Shown here in pieces: positions 50,183 to 63,787 of a stretch of 64,000 bases of DNA. Origin of the DNA: Amphiscolops sp. MND2022. Taxonomy: Eukaryota. Position numbers and translations under genes: made by a program. The notes beneath the pieces are model-generated. The model was given only the letters and a program-made list of their open reading frames with translations, had not been told where the DNA came from and made no database searches. Position 1 is the stretch's first letter; every line of letters begins with the position of its first letter. The stretch lies in NCBI GenBank assembly GCA_964187785.1, contig OZ076409.1, forward strand, positions 93,374,001 to 93,438,000. Reading direction: 5' to 3'.

Positions 50183-53100
50183 GAATTAGGACTAACATGC
50201 TCAAAATTTCTTAAACGTTCATGTGAAATAGAACTAGTTTCGTATTTTCTCAAACAGGAATTAGAACTAATTTGTTACGGGAATTGGAACTTCAATTTAA
50301 AACTAAATTAGCTTCAATTTCACGAAGGCTTTTCCTATACAGAATTTTTCAAAAACTCAGTACATCGAACCATGATTCTAATCAAAATCCGCCTCAAAAC
50401 TGTTTTATACTTTTTTCCGAAATTTACTTTTAGTATCGCGGAATAATATCTTGGAACATTTTTCTGAACAAGTTTTGGTAAACTTGCACTTTTTTTCAGT
50501 TTGTAGTGATAAACTTTTTTTTCGTTTTTGTTGGAGAAAAAATATAAAAATACCCAACCCTGTAGATAAGGCTTCAGTCTTTTGGACAAAGTAGCTTCGC
50601 TTTTCTTTCTGATGTCATCGAAAGCGAGAAACTTCATTTCGTATCGGTGATAAATCGATTGTCGATATGGTAGAACTGTTTTCTTGAACAAAAACAAATA
50701 AGGAAATGCTCATCCGAAAAAAATCAAGATCATTTTCCGGAAAATTAGATAAATATGATCAACAGCCCAAACGAATCAAAAAACTATGCTGGAAACACTC
50801 TAGCCTTCAAAAAGAACACCAAGGTAAAAAAAAACATTTTTTGATTTCCCAAAAAAGTAATTATCATTAGTATTCCAGCGAAACGTTTCCGTTCCATTGT
50901 TCCTTGACAATTACTGTCAACACAAGTTTGTTCACGCTCAATTCAGTTCTATAGTTTTCGAGAAAATGTCATCTATATTTTCTCCCGTGTGTAACTATTG
51001 AATGAATAGGCTCATAGGTTCGTTTCTGTTAAGACCCCCCGCCACCAATTTGTTTTTGGAAAATTTGTGAAAATTTTATAAAAATGATTTGAATACAAAC
51101 CAGAACCCTTCAATTCTTATTCATTTCCATTCTGACAATTAGGAATTGAGATACATAATTTGGTCATTTTTTCTTATCAAGCCACTCATTTATGGTTAGA
51201 AAACTAACAGCTTCCTGTTTTGAATCACAAAAAAAAACAGGGGATATGATCATAATTATAGTTCAAATGTGTGAAAACTGTTTTGGTCAAACAAAAACCT
51301 ATTCCAATAGACGTTACCTTCCTGTTGTGGAATAAAGTTTTACTTTTAATTAGGCTGAATTTAAATCTGAAATTTTTAGGGAATTTTAGTTTCAAAAATT
51401 TTGGTAGTGGGGGGGGGGGGGGGTGGTAACAGAAAAGAGCCAACTCCTACCCCGTTGTCGTAAGTAGTCGGGAACTGCGGGTTTTCCAAGTGTTTAAAAA
51501 GACCCCTCAGTGAAGTCGGGAAGGAATCGTAAATGTCAGAATGCGCGGGAGTCGCGCCTTCTATTTTTGGTAACATAACTCGGTTTCCTGATGCGAATGG
51601 GTTAATTTCAGGCACTCATTACCTGTGATCACCCGTACTGACGAAGTTGTGAATTCAAAAAATGCGAAGGGTTGTCATGGATTTGAAAAGCCAGCTGACG
51701 TCTTGGATAATTTCTCAAAAGTTCCACTTTTAGCGTTTCAAGTTCTGGAAAAAAGGTGTTGGCAAGCAAAAAGAATCAAACGTTTGAATGGAAATCTTGA
51801 ATCTTAGAGACTAAATTAATTGTGAGTGATTACGTCAACTTTCGTTTCTTTATATTGCCACAATTAGAGTGGACTCTGTATTGTCATGGTACCGGGATTG
51901 ATTCTCTCCCAATTCGGCTTTTTGGACTTTTAATTCCTATCTCGGTGCTATGGTCAGTGAAACAGAATATAGCATATGGCGAAGAAATTCAAAAATAAAT
52001 AGAGCAACGGTGAGCAGTCAGACATTTGTGACCTTGAGCGAGTCACTTTGAAACCACAGCTTAAAGCTTGAACACTCTTCAAAAAATTGTGCCATTGCTT
52101 GCTATGGGGGCAATGGTATCGGGAAAGTCAGTTTCTTACAGAAAAAAAAGCTGCAGCGGAGTTTGAGGAAGAAAGTTTCGTATACATTTTCCAATTGAAA
52201 CACATCATGTAAGGGTTTGACATTTTTGCAAAACTAAACAACTTTGAAAGTTTCAAGTTTCACTTAAGTGTCAGTACGGGCTGAAGTAGTTTGTATATAT
52301 GAAGGATTTAGGGTTTTTGATACCGGAAGCTTCGGTTCAGTGGGACAAATGTTCTGCAGCTACTTCTATTATCAAGAAGTTAAAAAAATTTGTAGGTAAT
52401 TTTCCGAAGGACAGAAGTTGCACAAAATCGATTGGAGGATTTTCAAGGCTATTAAATTATTTGCCTAAGGCTATTGGTAATTGCCAATTTGAGGTTTGAA
52501 CAATAGATTCTCCCAGTTTCGGCTGATAGGTGAATTCATCTGTGGTAATTTTCTGGTCTCTATTCGCAGTGGCTTCTTATTACCTCCGCGGCATTCCAAT
52601 GGACGGAAAAAATTTATTAATTACCAAGCAATTCTTACTGAACTCAAGTCTTCAGCAATTGCTTTCTTTCTCATATTTTAAAACAGATGCGCTGAAGGAG
52701 CAAAATATGAGAAAGATTTATTGGAATTTTTTGAATTGGAAGAAATGGAAAGAAATTGACCACCGTCTTTGACGCTCGTGAAGACAAAAACGTTTCATAC
52801 TCAATTGAAGCTTTTTGCTCAAGGCGTGATGAATTCCATATTTTCTCTGCGCTTCGGAGCTATGTTATTGCAGCCAAAAATCTGGATAAATTTTTTATAT
52901 CAACGAACGCTTGACCGTACTGTGGTCAAAACTCCTCAGCACTCTTTTCTAAAAAAAAACCGCAAAAGCGGAAAATTTCAGACGCGATCTGAAACAATTA
53001 GTCCAAAGGCAAAAATTCAAAATTATTCTCTGTAATTTAAGATATGCCTAAACAACTTTGCTGCGAATGGTGATAAAAAGCCGTCTTGAAGCGTTTATAC

Positions 53101-54039
53101 CAAGCTGTCGATCAAATGAAGGTCAATAATTTTGGTCAATTTCTCAAGTTCTGCGGAGGTTGAAAGATTTATTCGCCCTGAATAAATTCATGCGCGTTAG
53201 TTGTCATTCAAAAACCAGCATGTTTCGAACTTCAAAAATACTTACAGAAAAACCGGTAAAAAGACTTGAATATGAATTTTCTGTTTCTCACGGAGTACTT
53301 TAGACAAGGTCAACCAAAACGAACCAAAAATTTTTAAAATCATTTGTTCTAAAATTTTTAGATTAATTTTCAAACTTTTAGATCACATGCCTAGTACTCA
53401 AAATATCTAAAATCTCATTTTAAATTCTCAGTTTAAACGACATCTTTTTTCAAACATCCACAGTCTTCTGAATTTATGTGAATGTAGGAACAAAAGCGAT
53501 TCGAATTTGTGGTTACACAATATGGTGGTTTGTATGTTCAAGACGTAATCTAGTATCGTATTCTAGTATCGTATCTAGTTCATTGTATGTGACATGTTTT
53601 TCTCGAATCGAAAGATTAATTTAGTGTGAGCAAAATGTCAACAAGTGTCTCGGAACTAAATGTGACTCCCCAGTGTAAAATATCTTGAAACTCTTGCCAA
53701 GATCTTGGATTTTCCTGCTAATTCCCGTTACCTCTTGAAACCCTTGATAAGATCTTGAATATTCTTGGACCGTTAAAAAATCTTGAAGATCAAGAAATTC
53801 AATCAAGAGGTGAAAAATTCGAATTCATCGATCGGGCATGAAGTTTGTACTTTGTCACATTTTACTAAATCAAGACTGAAACCAAATTTTCACTTACAGG
53901 GTTACCTGAATGATCCGGGTAGCGTTAAGGACACTTTATGGCGCCTCGTTTTCTGAAGGATAGGTTGGATTCTATTCAATGTTTGCTTATAATTTCATGA
54001 TTTCTAGATGAAAATGGCCCTGATTTGGAGACTTTGGTG

Positions 54040-54268
54040 GAGTAAGATCTAAAAACACTATTTTACTGGAATAAGGCCTAAAATCACTGTACTTTGGGAA
54101 CAACGTCTAAAATCACCATTTTTGCGGAATAACGTCCACAATCACTATATTTTGGTAAAATAAGATGAAAAACACTGTATTTTACAGGAATAACGTCTAA
54201 AATTACCGTATTTTGGTTGAAAAACGTCTAGAATCACTTTTTTGGGAATAACGTCTAAAATCACATTT
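54040..54268. repeat. ~29-30-bp minisatellite (GGAATAACGTCTAAAATCAC..)
   Basis: About 8 diverged tandem units. Related reverse-complement GATCTTATTCCA units occur at 59920-60050. Confidence 0.75.
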
Positions 54269-55299
54269 TTGTGCATGTTTGTATTTGTCTATCAATTTTT
54301 GTTTGTTAAAGATGTCTTCTTCCATGGGACCCTTTTGGAGGCCACATTTTCTCGTCGTGGGTCTTGTCACGTAGTAATCCAAATGGTTCCACTAGCTGAG
54401 AGCATCCGACCGCAATACAGGGAATGTAGTTTGAGATAGCTGCAAACTTCGTTTGCGGTTCTAAACCATATCCGACTGTCACAGTCCGCGTCCGGACTGG
54501 GTTAAATTAAAACAAACTAAAGTTAAATCTCTAGAATTCATTTCAAATTGCCTAAATCAAGATAATTAGTCATAACTTTCTTCAACTAAAAATTCAAAAT
54601 CAGGTATTAGTTGTTCACGTCAGCGTCATCTCCGCGTCGGTTTCTTACGAACCAAAGCAGTAAAACGGGGAAAAGTTTCCTGTTTGGCAGACTGAAGTAA
54701 AATCTACTTCCTGCTTGGGAGGAAACAAAAGGACGCCGGAATGAAATGATATGATCATGGTTGATGACTAATACTAGATTCGAATTGCCGTGTCTTAAAA
54801 ATTGACGAAATGCTAACGCAGATCAAAATTTTGCCGCAAAATTTCAGGAAGTGACTAATATCTCGATGGAAGTTAAAGTACGCGAGAATGAACAGATGAT
54901 GCTAGGAGGGTATATATAGCTTGTACCTGTAAAATTATTCATTCAATTTGTTATTCAACCTGCGTTTCAGTTTTGTTCTCATTTTCGATTGAATATCTAC
55001 CTTTGTAAAACGTAAAACTCAAAAACTAAATTTGAAATACATTTTTCGAAACAATCGTATCTTCATCAAGATATCAACGGGAGGTCGGAAAACAGTCCAG
55101 CAGGAAATTAGCAGAAAACACCCATAAAAGCCAAAGTACCCGACCGAACTTAGTTCGTAACATGGTGAAAGGAGTTTTGGACCACTCAAAAAACGTTTCG
55201 AAGAAAAATTCACAACCGCCTACCGTCCACAGATCGTCCCTCCACATCGCGGATACACTCCGCACTGGAAATGAAGACGAATACACACTATTCCAGTGC

Positions 55300-55790
55300 C
55301 GATATTTCAAGAGAGTACATCAACTTTCGAGCCTGAGAATATTGACCCAACGAAAAAAGCAACTTCACCAAAGAAATGATATGTTCCAAAATGAAAGTTC
55401 CCTCCTAAAAGGAAATTGTAATCCACCATAGTTGAGTACAATGACATCTTCACGGGACACCAACTCGACATTGGAATCAACAACATTTTCAAAAAGAAAT
55501 TAACCCCGAAGAACGACAGATCCCCCTACACTCAAAGTCTAGCTGTACCCATCAACCTCAGAGAAGACCTCACAGTCGCACATGCACTTATGCAGAGAAA
55601 TTCAAGAACAACTACCATCTCGTTCTTCAAACGCGCAAACCAGCTAATTGAGCAACGCAACCAAAACGGCAAATGCAGACTACTTGTTGACCTACTGATA
55701 ATAAACGAGTTAGAATTCGACGACCACCCCAACAACAACCATCCCGTCAGCACATCGTCAGATGCAGTCCAACACTTGCCGAGGACATCG
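55300..55790 (+). pseudogene. Decayed reverse transcriptase N-terminal fragment
   Basis: ..NGKCRLLVDL..NNHPVSTSSDAVQHL aligns by eye to NGKLRILVDL..HNHPVTTIADAAQHM in the pol at 29858-34933; frameshifted. Confidence 0.85.
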
Positions 55791-56164
55791 AGTACCACAA
55801 CACGTGGTTCCAAAAGTCGGCAGCATACTCTCTGGGCTGTTACATCGGTAAGTTTTAAAAAAGTAGACTCTTCCTGAGGCTGTGATGTGCGTTCGAAAGA
55901 TGACAATGACGTAGTCTCTGAAGCACACCTTCCCGAATCGACTAGTCAGAAAATCTAAGCTATGAACATACAAAAGCAGAAAAGGCCTATCTGCAGTTTC
56001 GTATGATTCACAAAAGTTTAATGGAACGGGGAATGTTACAAACCTAAGGGTTGTTGAATAACCAGCGCGTCGGCTTCACTAAGACGCACATCTCCCTCAG
56101 AGAGCAAAAATGAGTCTAATTATTACTTTGCAGATCATGATCTTTTAAGACCAAATGGATCTGT

Positions 56165-56372
56165 AAATGACCGGGATATAACAGCCCATATACAAAGACG
56201 ACGCAAGATTGACGCCGCAAATGACCGGGTTATAACAGCCCATATACAAAGACGACGCAAGATTGACGTCGCAAATGACCGGGTTATAACAGCCCATTTA
56301 CAAAGACGACGCACGATTGACGTCGCAAAAGACCGGGTTAAAACAACCAAATATAAAAGTACGCAAGATTGT
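56165..56372. repeat. 54-bp tandem repeat, about 3.8 copies
   Basis: Units start at 56165, 56219, 56273, 56327 (AAATGACCGGGTTATAACAGCCCATATACAAAGACGACGCAAGATTGACGTCGC). Confidence 0.95.
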
Positions 56373-58299
56373 TGTCATTGGAAAAAACATGGTCAAAACA
56401 ACCCTATATAAAGTGACGAAAAAGTGACCTCATTAAACTTTCAAAAAAACACCTTCTACCGTTAGTCATTCACGTAAGTGGGGCCCTCAAAAGACAGATT
56501 CCTTGAATGATCTGGTTGAGCCAGCGAAACAAGTCAGTCTATCAACGGCTAAAGAGAAAGCAACAGACTCAATTGGGCACGAGCTGCAATGTCCACCTCA
56601 ACCCCGATTCAACAACACGAGAGTGTTTTACCACATGACAGTGGCCCTGTCACAGTCCGCTCCCGGACTGGATTGTGGTTCTCAAGAGGTGCCGTTTGTC
56701 CGTGGTCATGGATGCACTATGAAGACAGTTAGACTATATTATTAAACTGAAATAAACTGTGACCAGTTAAGACCATTAAAATTTAAGACAAATTATGAAT
56801 GATTACAGAACCTAAAACATAACTAAACTAAATTCAAATTTTCCCGGTCAAACGTAGCAACGACAGTGAAGTTTTATTCATTTTCCCGCAGAATACAACC
56901 AAGCCATTTTTGTAGAATCAGCTGCCACAATAAGAATGAAAATACGTCAATATTTAGGATTAAGGAAGCAAATTTATTCAAAAACCATTCTCGTGAAAAT
57001 GATTCTCCATTTCTAATCATGCAATTTTTTCCAGTAGAAACAGTCGTCTTAAAAGCATACAAATCACAATATCTTCTCTTGTATTTTATCAAGCGAGAAC
57101 TCTTCTTCTCATGACAGTGGCCCTGTCACATTCCGCGTCCGGACTGGGTTAAATTAAAACAAACATACTTCAAAATCAGGTATTAGTTGTTCAAGTCAGC
57201 GTCATCTCCGCGTCGGTTTCTTACGAACCAAAGCAGTAAAACGGGGAAATATTTCCGGTTTGACAGACTGAAGTAAAATCTACTTCCTGCTTGGGAGGAA
57301 ACAAAAGGACGCCGGAATGAAATGATATGATCATGGTTGATGACTAATACTAGATTAGAATCGCCGTATCTTAAAAGTTGACGAAATGCTAACGCAGATC
57401 AAAATTTTGCCGCAAAATTACAGGAAGTGACTAATATCTCGATGGAAATTAAAGTACGCGAGTATGAACCGATGATGCTGGGAGGGTATATATAGCTTGT
57501 ACCTGTAAAATTATTCTTTCAATTTGTTATTCAACCTGCGTTTCAGTTTTGTTCTCATTTTCGATTGAGTATCTACCTTTGTAAAACGTAAAACTCCAAA
57601 ACTAAATTTGAAATACATTTTTCAAAACAATCGTATCTTCATCAAGATATCAACGGGAGGTCGGAAAACAGTCCAGCAGGAGATTAGCAGAAAACACCCA
57701 TAATAGCCAAAGTACCCGACCGAACTTAGTTCGTAACGCCGACAATTATCGGATCGACTTTGAGATGCTTATAAATCTTATTTTCATTGATTTTAGAATC
57801 CTTCCTGATCTTTTGTGGTTTGGGTTTCTTTGCGGCGGGCTAGGTTGTAACCGGGAATCTTGAGACCTCCCGCTTCTTCCTGCTTATTCTTGGGTTTTCC
57901 ATATTTTTTGGCGAGATTCTTGGCGTGTCTTGAATTTTTTGAACTTCCTGACAAGATTCTTGGTACTTCTTGGTTTTTCCTGAGAGGTTTTTTGTGCTAA
58001 AAATCCTTTGTTTCGTTTTTTCGGTCAAATGAAAATTGGCATTTTGCTTGATGTCATTGGCAAAATCTTTCAAGATCGTACATATTCTTGGCGCTCTTGG
58101 TAAGAATCTGGATGAGTCTTGGTTATAATTCTTCAAGTTTTCGTCGCAGAAAAACTATGAAAAAGTTTTCTGACGACAACCAAAACTTACACAATAACCA
58201 ATTGCGACCTTGCGTTGTTGGTTTTTCAAAACGTAAAAGGCTCTGATGAATGCGCTTCGAGAAATCGATGATAGGGATGTCACACTTTCAGGAAAGATA

Positions 58300-59166
58300 A
58301 ACAAGACGGAAACGTCTAAAGTCGGCGCCATATCTAAGGTTCAAAACGCTCAAACTTTTTGAAATTGTAAAAGGGGGGACCCTTTGGGTTTTTTGAAAAT
58401 CCATTTTGTTGCGGGGTGTAACATCTCAAAATTCGGATATAGCGTGCTGGCCCAAATGGGAGCGCTTTTTCAGCCTCCGCCTCCTCCTTGGTAAAACGAA
58501 GTATAATTCGAATATAAAGTCAAAAATTCGGATAAAGCGTTTCACTCAGGATATTACGTCCAAGTTTCATATAGTAGTGGAAAAAATTATTGGTAAATAT
58601 ATACTGAGAAGACCTAATTTCAGACGAAAAATGACAATTTTGAACAGTCTCATAGTGCCGAAAAATCTAAAAGAGGGGACCCTTTGGGCTTCTTTAATAT
58701 CTATTATGTTACAAAAATTTTTTAAAATTGAAGGAGAAAAAAACGAAAAATCGAAAAATAAGAATTTTTAGCCAGTCTCACAGTGCCGAAAAACTTGAAA
58801 GGGGAGATCCTTTGGGCTTTTTGAAACTTCAGTTTGCTGTAAAATATCAAAAAACGTGAAGGGGGGACTCTTTGGAGACAAAAAAATTCGAAAAAAAAGT
58901 CGCACAGTGCCTAAAAAACTCAAAGGGAGGACCCTATAGTCTCGTTCGGTTTTGTAACTTACAATAAAAATGGACTAACTGAAAGGGTCTATGCACTATC
59001 TTAAATGCACTACCCTTTGCACTATCTTAAATGCGCTGCCAGTATTTTAGTAGTACTGTAATTAGTAGTTGAACGTTAATTTTAACGTTCGTCGCTTCGA
59101 GTCTGTCTTTAAAAAAACGAGTGACTGTAATAGTAGGGCTCTTTTATTAATAAAAGCGCCGACTAA
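58300..59166 (+). repeat. Helentron/DINE-1-like non-autonomous repeat (long copy)
   Basis: AACAAGACGG..AAGTCGGCGCC start, multiple internal subrepeats, AAAAGCGCCGACTA end. Confidence 0.6.
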
Positions 59167-59595
59167 AAACAGTCAGTTCTTTTTAATTTCTGTGCGAGCT
59201 TACGCTACGCTCGTCTTAAAGTTGAAGATAAATTTTGTTTGAAATGCTCGAGCAAAATCTGGAGGAAACACAAAAGCTCGTGCACGCCATGCACTGGACA
59301 GAGATCTGAATTGTGGAGCAGCCAACCGATTGCTATTTTCTGCTGCCTCTTGAGAGTCATATGATTCAAAGAAGGTGGAACACTTTACCTACTTGGTAGC
59401 TCCATTCAACTGATATATCAGTTGTTATCCATTGTCAGGTTTTAACACGTCTTGAAAAAGCTGTGTAAAGGTTCCTCTTTTTTAGATTTCTGGGGATTGA
59501 ACGATCTGACCATCTGGCTAAACTCAATATGCTTGAAGCTTTGAATGAGCACTGAAACTCTGACGTCATATAAAAAGGTTTAGAATTATTGACCA

Positions 59596-60284
59596 CCCGT
59601 ACTGACAACCCATGGTAACCCACCAGTGGCCATCGGTGGATCACCGGTGGCCACCGGTGGGGGAAAATTAGATTACATGGAGGCTTTCCCACCGGTGGCC
59701 ACCGGTGGTCCACCGATGGACCATCGGTGGAAAATTCGAAAATTTCGAAAATGAAAATTTCGTTCAAAATTTCTAGAAACAGGATTTACTACACGAAATA
59801 CCTTTAGACGCATCAAAGCCAAACAGAATGGGATAATTATCAGGACCGGTTCTGAAGTTTCTGTAAACCCTGTTTGCAGTTTCAGATCGTGTCCGAAAAA
59901 CATTTTCCACTGGTTATCCAGTGAATTTAGATCTTATTCCACTGGTTTTTTATGGTGATTTTAGATCCTATTTTAGTAGTTTTCTCAGCGATTTCAGATC
60001 TTATTCCAGCGTTTTTTGGTAATTTTTGATCTTATTCCAGTGGTTTTCCCAGTAATTTGAAATCTTTTTCCGATTTGTTTTAGTTATTTTAGATTTTGAC
60101 AGTTTTAAAAGGATACCACAAAATTTATTCGTGTGGGTTTTTTCACTAATGACCCATTTGTGGTGGCCACCGGTGCGCCTACATTTTTTACAAAATGGGT
60201 TACGGCCACCATGGTGGCCACCGGTGGGGCTGCGATGGGAAATGCGGTGGCCACCGGTGGGTTACCATGGGTTGTCAGTACGGG
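59596..60284. mobile_element. MITE with CCC..GGG termini, 2-bp TSD (CA)
   Basis: TIR CCCGTACTGACAACCCATGGTAACCCACC / GGTGGGTTACCATGGGTTGTCAGTACGGG, subterminal CCACCGGTGG palindromes, CA on both sides. Confidence 0.9.
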
Positions 60285-62950
60285 CATCGTATTAAACATG
60301 CCCAGTTCCAACATGGAAAAATCTGAAGTTTTTGAGTGCCGAGATCAGAGATTAGTGTTATTCGAACGCTATTTTTAGCAAGCAATCGGATGTGTTAACC
60401 AGTTTGAACAACTCTTCATGACAATCAGAGCCTCTGAAAGCAATGACTTTGACCTCATATGGACTAGTGCAGCAGCGAATACATAGTGAACAGTAAAGAT
60501 TCGTGAAAAGTCACATGAATCCGAAAAAAAAACTTTTCACAAGAATTGAGAAAACTCTCTCTAGCCCCACACGTCACCTTCAAAAAATATCACCCTTAAG
60601 ACCGGTTCAAAAAACCTAAAAAAGCCAAAAATTTGTGCGAAAGTGTTTTGGTTGCACAGTGCCGAAAAACCTAAGGGGAGTCTCTATGTTTAATAAACTC
60701 TTTGACCATGCTGAAGCACAAAGGGGGCTTCGAGTCAAAGAACTGGAGAAAAAATTGACCCATTGGACTTCGTTTGCAAGCTTAAGAATTTTTGGCTTGT
60801 GTCGAAATTGAACCCACGTACTCATGCTTCTCAGACCTCGTCACCAGGCCTAGAAATCTGTGTTAACCTCCAGACCAAGTGCCAAATGAATGTAAGTGAA
60901 GTTACAGAAGTTATGACAGAAACTGGCGGATGATAAACAAAATACCAGGCTAAAACTAATACTCTTTGTTTCATAAGGTTATGAAAAAATAATAAGTGAT
61001 GTGCATTTGCTAAAAAGGAGCAAATTGCCTAATTGCCTATTGAAACAGATACATCATAAAAGTTTTTCCATGAAAAATTCTGGTTCTCATGTTGATTGGA
61101 TGGGAAATCGCGCAATTATAAAGACTGAGTTTATTGAACGAAACGATCGACTTTTTAAAGTTTATTGGCCAACTACTATCGTATACAAGTTTTTTTTTCT
61201 AAAACTCACACGAACTGAGCAAAACAGTGGCGACAAAACCTACAGTATGTGAAATTCTTGAAATGCACCATTTGGCCGAGCCCGCTATATTTAAATAATT
61301 GATGTTAAATCAGGAATAATTTCATTTTAAGGAGAAGCGGAGGTTCAAAAATCTTGCGATATACGTAATGTTGGACGGTTTATCCGAAATGAATTTCAAT
61401 TTACTAGAGAGAGTGCGAGTTTCGAATCATATAAGTTTTGATGTTTTGTTTCCTTCCATGGTCAAAAGAGCGCACAATATCGATTTTTCTGACGTTTTAT
61501 CCAATTATTGATATTTCTGCAGAGAAAAAAAATCAAAAATCTCCCTTTAAGCTCAAAAGGGTGTCCTTCTGGGGTTTTTGGTACGGTGAAAATGCGAATT
61601 GCTTCTAAAGAAAATCATTGACGCTTTTGCTCTTTTTGAGCCTTAAGCGTGGCGCAACCTTGTGGCAGTTACCTGGTTGTTGCTATTTGTGATACCGAAA
61701 AAGAACCTAAAATCGAACCTGAAAATCTGGAATTTCTAAAACCTGAGAAGCAGGCAAGCGTCTCGCAAATAGCTACAAAATTTTGCTTGCAAAAAAGCGA
61801 GAGTAAAGCATCCCCTTTGATTTTTTCGGCACTATGCGTATGTTTCCCCGCAGTTTTCTAATCCGAAAGGGTTCCCTTGATTTCAGCAGAAACAAAGCAG
61901 TTGGCCAGCATAAATTCCTTAAAATTTGCCTGCACAATGCAACTTAACGAAGTTTTTTTTTAAATTTTATATTCACCTTTTTGTTATTTTGTTTGTGGAA
62001 ATCGTTTCCGAGTCGTACGGGTAAACTATTTGGTTATATTTTGATCATGTGTGACTGATCAGCGTTTTATTGATACATGTGGAATTGACCTACAATTTTT
62101 TCGACGATGTGCGACTTTTTGCCAAAGTTCAACCCCTTTGCTTTTTGAAAAGTTTTTGGCTTGGGAAAAGTGTTTTGTGAACTCAGAGCGCTACGCGTCT
62201 TTTTTGAATCCCCGTGCCCCTTGATGATTTTTGGCAGAAAGAAAGAGTTATTTGAGCATATGAAGCCACCTTATGTATTTTCGGCACACTTCGACTCACC
62301 GAAAATTTGAACAATGTATTGAACAAAATTTTTTGAGAAAAATGTACACTTTTTGGTTTTTGAGGCTTTTTCCCAAGAGAGTCCTGAGGATGACCTCTTT
62401 TTTATTGTCCTGTGAAACCGATGACAGTTTTCTCACAACCTCAGGTTGTTTTTTTGGCACTGTGCAAGTTTTCTACTAAAATTTTTGTTTGTTCAGGGTT
62501 CACTGTTCGCTTTCCGGCGTGAGAAAAGCTTTTCAGGCGTGCGTAAAACTCCTTTTTCTGCCCTGTGGAACATGTTTTGGACGAAAGAAAATTTTTTGAT
62601 GTTTCCAATTGTGGAAAAGATTTTTCGAGCTTTATGGGTGTCCTTTCTAGAACTTGTTGGCACTGAAAATTTGCATACTAAAAAAAAATGTTTTTCTTTA
62701 ACCTGGAGCGGGGAGGTAACTTGGGTCGTTCCCGGCTTTTACAGATTTTTTTGCTGCTTCCACTATAGAAATTAAGATCAAAAATACCCGACTTCGGCAC
62801 AATCAAAGGCACGATGTACTGACATTTTGATTTCTCCTCAGTTGGTGTAAGTGCCGCTTTTAAAGCATTTAAAATCAGAACAGTTCTTTAATTATAACAG
62901 TTCTTTATAATAAACAGTTATTTATAAACAGTTCTTTATATCTCACACAA

Positions 62951-63787
62951 CCAAGGATTTCGATCCTTGCGAATCTGTGCAGATCTGCAGGATTTTTTCT
63001 GCAGGGTTCTGCAAAGATCGTTGCACTGAATCTTGAAGATCCATACAGATCTGCAAGATCTTTACAGAAGTGTGCAGATTTTCTCAAAGATTTTTGCAGA
63101 AATATGTTTTTCTGCTGCTTCTAAGGAACCAATATACTGCATTTTTGGACTTCTTTTACTACTTCATCAACTATTTTAGCTGACCAAGGCTCAGTCAGTT
63201 GATACTCTCGATCACTCAAATTTCTTGAGAAAGAAAATTTGTCCCCAATACAGTAATTTGTGTGACTGGAGAATGCGCCGTATTGGTTATACTCGGTAAT
63301 TTATCCATTTCAATTGAACTTTCCAGAAGTGGTTGTTGAACTTTGAGAAGCTCGTTTGCCATATTGACCTTGTTGTGACGGATGAAATTTGACACGTGGC
63401 AACATTCTGGGTTGGTAGATGTGTTGATAAAGTGTTGTTGTTGTTGTAATAGTTCGGGAACACGGTTTGTTGAAGTAATTTTAGTAATTTCTGGTAACTC
63501 GGAATACGTTATAGTAATTTATTGGTCATTGGTTGGATCTGTAAAGATCTGTAAAGATCAGCAAAACTCTACAGATCTGTACAGATTGCTGCAGAAAAAT
63601 GATTCATCTTTTTGACATAAATGAGATTTCTCTCGAAATTTAAACATTTTTATTATTCGTATGACATTGCTATGGGGTTTTTATTGTGTTTCTAAGTAGG
63701 TCATTTTTCTTCGAATCTGCTCATATCTGCAATGATCTGCAAAAATCCAGCAGATCTGCACAGATTCGCAAAGATCGAAAACCTGGG
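62951..63787 (-). mobile_element. Second copy of the GCAGATCT TIR element
   Basis: Reverse-complement homologue of 10689-11514 across its length; AA on both flanks. Confidence 0.8.

Larger units (their letters stand above)
54477..57738 (+). mobile_element. Non-autonomous Ty3/gypsy-derived LTR element (3.26 kb)
   Basis: LTRs 54477-55162 and 57124-57738 (TGTCAC..GTAACA/G), 5-bp TSD CCGAC (54472-54476, 57739-57743), PBS TGGTGAAAGGAG at 55163. Confidence 0.93.

Noticed and set aside
51376..51625. 79 aa minus-strand ORF next to a G14 run
   Set aside because: Poly-Pro arises from the homopolymer; no other support.
56165..56372. CRISPR-like array
   Set aside because: Head-to-tail 54-bp units with no unique spacers and no cas genes; eukaryotic context.
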